Positions 7,520 through 9,869 of a stretch of DNA of 9,869 nt are shown piece by piece. The position numbers were made by a program, and so were the translations under genes. The notes below the pieces were generated by a model. That model had not been told where the DNA came from. It saw only the letters and a program-made list of their open reading frames with translations, and searched no databases. Source of the DNA: Selaginella moellendorffii (taxonomy: Eukaryota > Plantae > Lycopodiophyta); assembly GCF_000143415.4 (NCBI RefSeq), contig NW_003314600.1:1-9869 (forward strand), given 5' to 3'. Position 1 is the first letter of the stretch, and each line of letters opens with the position of its first letter.

Positions 7520-8804
7520 ACTTGGTATCAGAGCTGTTCCTTAATCTGACTTTTATTGGTGCTCAAGTATATCACCACTAGCATTGGCATCGGAAGGTCC
7601 GAGGAGTGGGCCTATCCTCGAGGAGTAGCAGGTCGGGAAGACATGGCTCTCCATTACAATTCATGTGTGAACTTGTAGACGAGGTGGTAGATAGAAAAGG
7701 GCCAATAATGGAACGACTTTGGGATCTTGGGAACAGTGCAAGGTTTTCCTCATTGAGTTGAGGATGTGATCCAGATGAGCGTTTGACTCAGCAAACTGGC
7801 TGATGTAGTTGTGGTAAACAACTATAGTTGGGATCACAGGGAAGATATAGACTCCAAAACGATAAAGGAGTCACAAGATTACCCTCATGAAGTTGAGGTT
7901 GGTGCTCATGAATGGGAGACCAGAAGTAATGACCGCGGGAGGTCAAATATGGAAAAGGACTCAAGTCCTTGAAATGGTAGCCAAAGCTACCTCTAATAAA
8001 TGCTAGAATAACCCAAGGAGTTGGGGGTGTATTTAGAGGATGAGTTGGTATTCTCATCACATGGACAAGTGGTCCTAAGGGGTGAAAGGTTGCCCTTAAA
8101 GAACAAATCAAGTGTCGGAGTAACACTTGCAAAAGATGGTCCTTGTGAGTAGGACATAAATACAAGGAGTTGTATTCCAGTGACCTAGCACCTCAAAAGT
8201 AGGACCTCATCGGTCGTTGGATTAACAAAGTCCAAAAGGTTGAATGACTCCAATAGAGTCAAGGAATAATCCTAAAGGCTTGAGGAAAGCATTTGGATTG
8301 AGGTGTGTGGTGCCCCACGAAGGATGGGGAGGATCTTGAGATCCAAGTATGAAAGCAGTATGTATGTCATTGATGGCAGAAGGTGCTATGCTAAAGTCGT
8401 GGGAAAGAGTTTCCCAGAAGAACCAAACTTTGACACAAAGTTGTGCATGAACTCTATGATGCAGTGCTAATGGATAATTGGAATAAGAGCCAACCATATT
8501 GGTTTTGGCAAAAATACCTGGACACAAGTAAGAAGTGTCATAAAGGTAGGCTCGTGGAGCCGATGGTGTGGAGACACCGAAGGTGCCAAGACGTACTGCC
8601 TTGAGGTCAAGTTGGCGGGTTCACGAGAACCCCATCCAAAAGATCCCAATAGAAATTGGGAATGGCATAGCCTAAACTGGAAGGCATGCGGTTAGAGTGT
8701 GGTGACCCACATAATGATGGGGGTGTGGAAGCACCAGCAATGAGTTGTAGAACTTGACAACTATGAGGCACCTAAACAAAAGGTGCAAAATGATTCGTTA
8801 AACT
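7520..8804 (+). mobile_element. Internal domain copy 2, 3'-truncated
   Basis: Aligns to 1478-2724 with an extra 39 bp. Homology stops at ...GATTCGTTAAACT. Confidence 0.93.
7523..7534 (+). promoter_or_regulatory. Primer-binding site (initiator tRNA-Met)
   Basis: TGGTATCAGAGC, 3 nt after the LTR2 end. Confidence 0.95.
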
Positions 8805-8805
8805 C

Positions 8806-9660
8806 GAGGGTGAAAGCCCAAAGAGTTCGTCTCCTAGACCCTAGGGCGTTTGGTGAGCTCCAAAAGTATAGTAAGGGGGAGGACTGCAGTGGAGCTAGTT
8901 CCCCCGGGAGATCGAATGGTCGATGCTCCCAGTCCAAGTGTGGGTGGCACTACCTACTTGGATACCTGGCATGGCTCAACGGAACCTCGCTCTAAGCCCA
9001 TGGCTAGAGCACCAAAAGGCAAAAGGTGGGGAGAGTACCCATGAGGCTCACGTAAGGGCACGGTGTTCCGAAATGTTGTCCCAAAGTCCCAGACAGTGAA
9101 AAGGACGAGGAGCAATCCTCTAGTGTAGTGACCAAGGATACGGTCACATGGTGAGGAAGTCCCAAAGGATAGTGGGACTTAGAGGTCGGGCCTACGGGCC
9201 TTGATCAAGTGGCAGTGTTGGCGAACACAGCCATGGACAAAAAGGGACTTGGTGTGGACTGGAAAAGAGATATTGGGGAAGGCTATTCCTCATATCTGGG
9301 GGCATCCTAAGGATGCTAAGGAGTGGATCTAGGATGATCACTCATGGATGGATGGCCTAGTTCTTGAGAGACGGAACTGCGATGCAAGTGATGTTGGACC
9401 ACCAGTGTGACCAATTTAAATGGGCATGGCCTTAGCGTAACGGGCTGAGAGGTCGGTGGTATCTTGGGGTGTCGGTCATGGGATCAGACACGTAGAGCAC
9501 TTGGACCAAGTGCAAAGGTTGAGTGGTAGGGATGCTTTTTTCGGGGCTAGCAAGCCCCAAGTCTTGAATGGGACTTATGGAGGTTGTGAATGAGACTCCT
9601 CCAAGTGGTCGGAGGTGCGGTGAAGTGACTAAAATAGAATGGAAAAATTAATCGCTTACA
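8806..9660 (+). repeat. LTR copy 3, 5'-truncated, satellite-less, diverged
   Basis: Aligns to LTR2 6539-7519 with a 142-bp deletion and ends ATCGCTTACA. Confidence 0.92.
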
Positions 9661-9869
9661 ATTTGGTATCGGAGTTGTTCCTTAGTCTGACTTTTATTGG
9701 TGCTCAAGTATATCACCGCTAGTGTTGGCATCGGAAGGTCTTAGGAGTGGGCCTATCCTTGAGGAGTAGCATGTCGGGAAGACATGGCTCTCCACTACAA
9801 TTCATATGTGAACTTGTAGGTGAGGCGGTGGATAGAAAAGGGCTAATAATGGAACGACTTCGGGATTTT
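9661..9869 (+). mobile_element. Internal domain copy 3 (start only; runs off window)
   Basis: Aligns to 1478 to about 1686 with multiple substitutions. Confidence 0.92.
9664..9675 (+). promoter_or_regulatory. Degenerate PBS
   Basis: TGGTATCGGAGT, two mismatches to TGGTATCAGAGC, at the homologous position. Confidence 0.85.

Larger units (their letters stand above)
1..9869 (+). mobile_element. Tandem array of a non-autonomous LTR retrotransposon (LARD-like, probably Ty3/gypsy-derived): LTR-internal-LTR-internal(truncated)-LTR(truncated)-internal
   Basis: Three LTR 3' ends (...TCGCTTACA at 1477, 7519, 9660) are each followed by a 3-nt spacer and a TGGTATC PBS. A PPT followed by a TG start lies at 5492-5505. 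The repeat period between copies 1 and 2 is 6042 bp. No intact gag/pol ORF is present. Confidence 0.92.

Noticed and set aside
5495-7530. Target-site duplication around LTR2 (solo-LTR or nested insertion model)
   Set aside because: The flanks are the element's own PPT and PBS rather than duplicated host sequence.

Overview
The window contains no credible protein-coding gene. It lies entirely within a head-to-tail array of a non-autonomous plant LTR retrotransposon on the + strand, probably Ty3/gypsy-derived and LARD-like. The order is LTR1 (1-1477, runs off the window), tRNA-iMet PBS, a 4026-bp non-coding internal domain, PPT, complete LTR2 (5504-7519, 2016 bp, TG...CA), PBS, a truncated internal domain (to 8804), a 5'-truncated and more diverged LTR3 (8806-9660), a degenerate PBS and the start of a third internal domain. 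LTR1 and LTR2 carry a hierarchical 11/12-bp minisatellite plus a GAGNCC hexamer tract, which produce all ORFs longer than 125 aa in the track. LTR1 carries a 396-bp inversion and a 138-N gap. The most striking signal is that the internal domain and the 3' half of the LTR are tiled with short stem-loops: at least 15 perfect stems of 7 bp or more where about 1.5 are expected. Some substitutions between copies preserve the pairing. This suggests a multi-kb structured non-coding RNA genome, possibly built on eroded pol sequence. All counts were made by eye and need computational confirmation.
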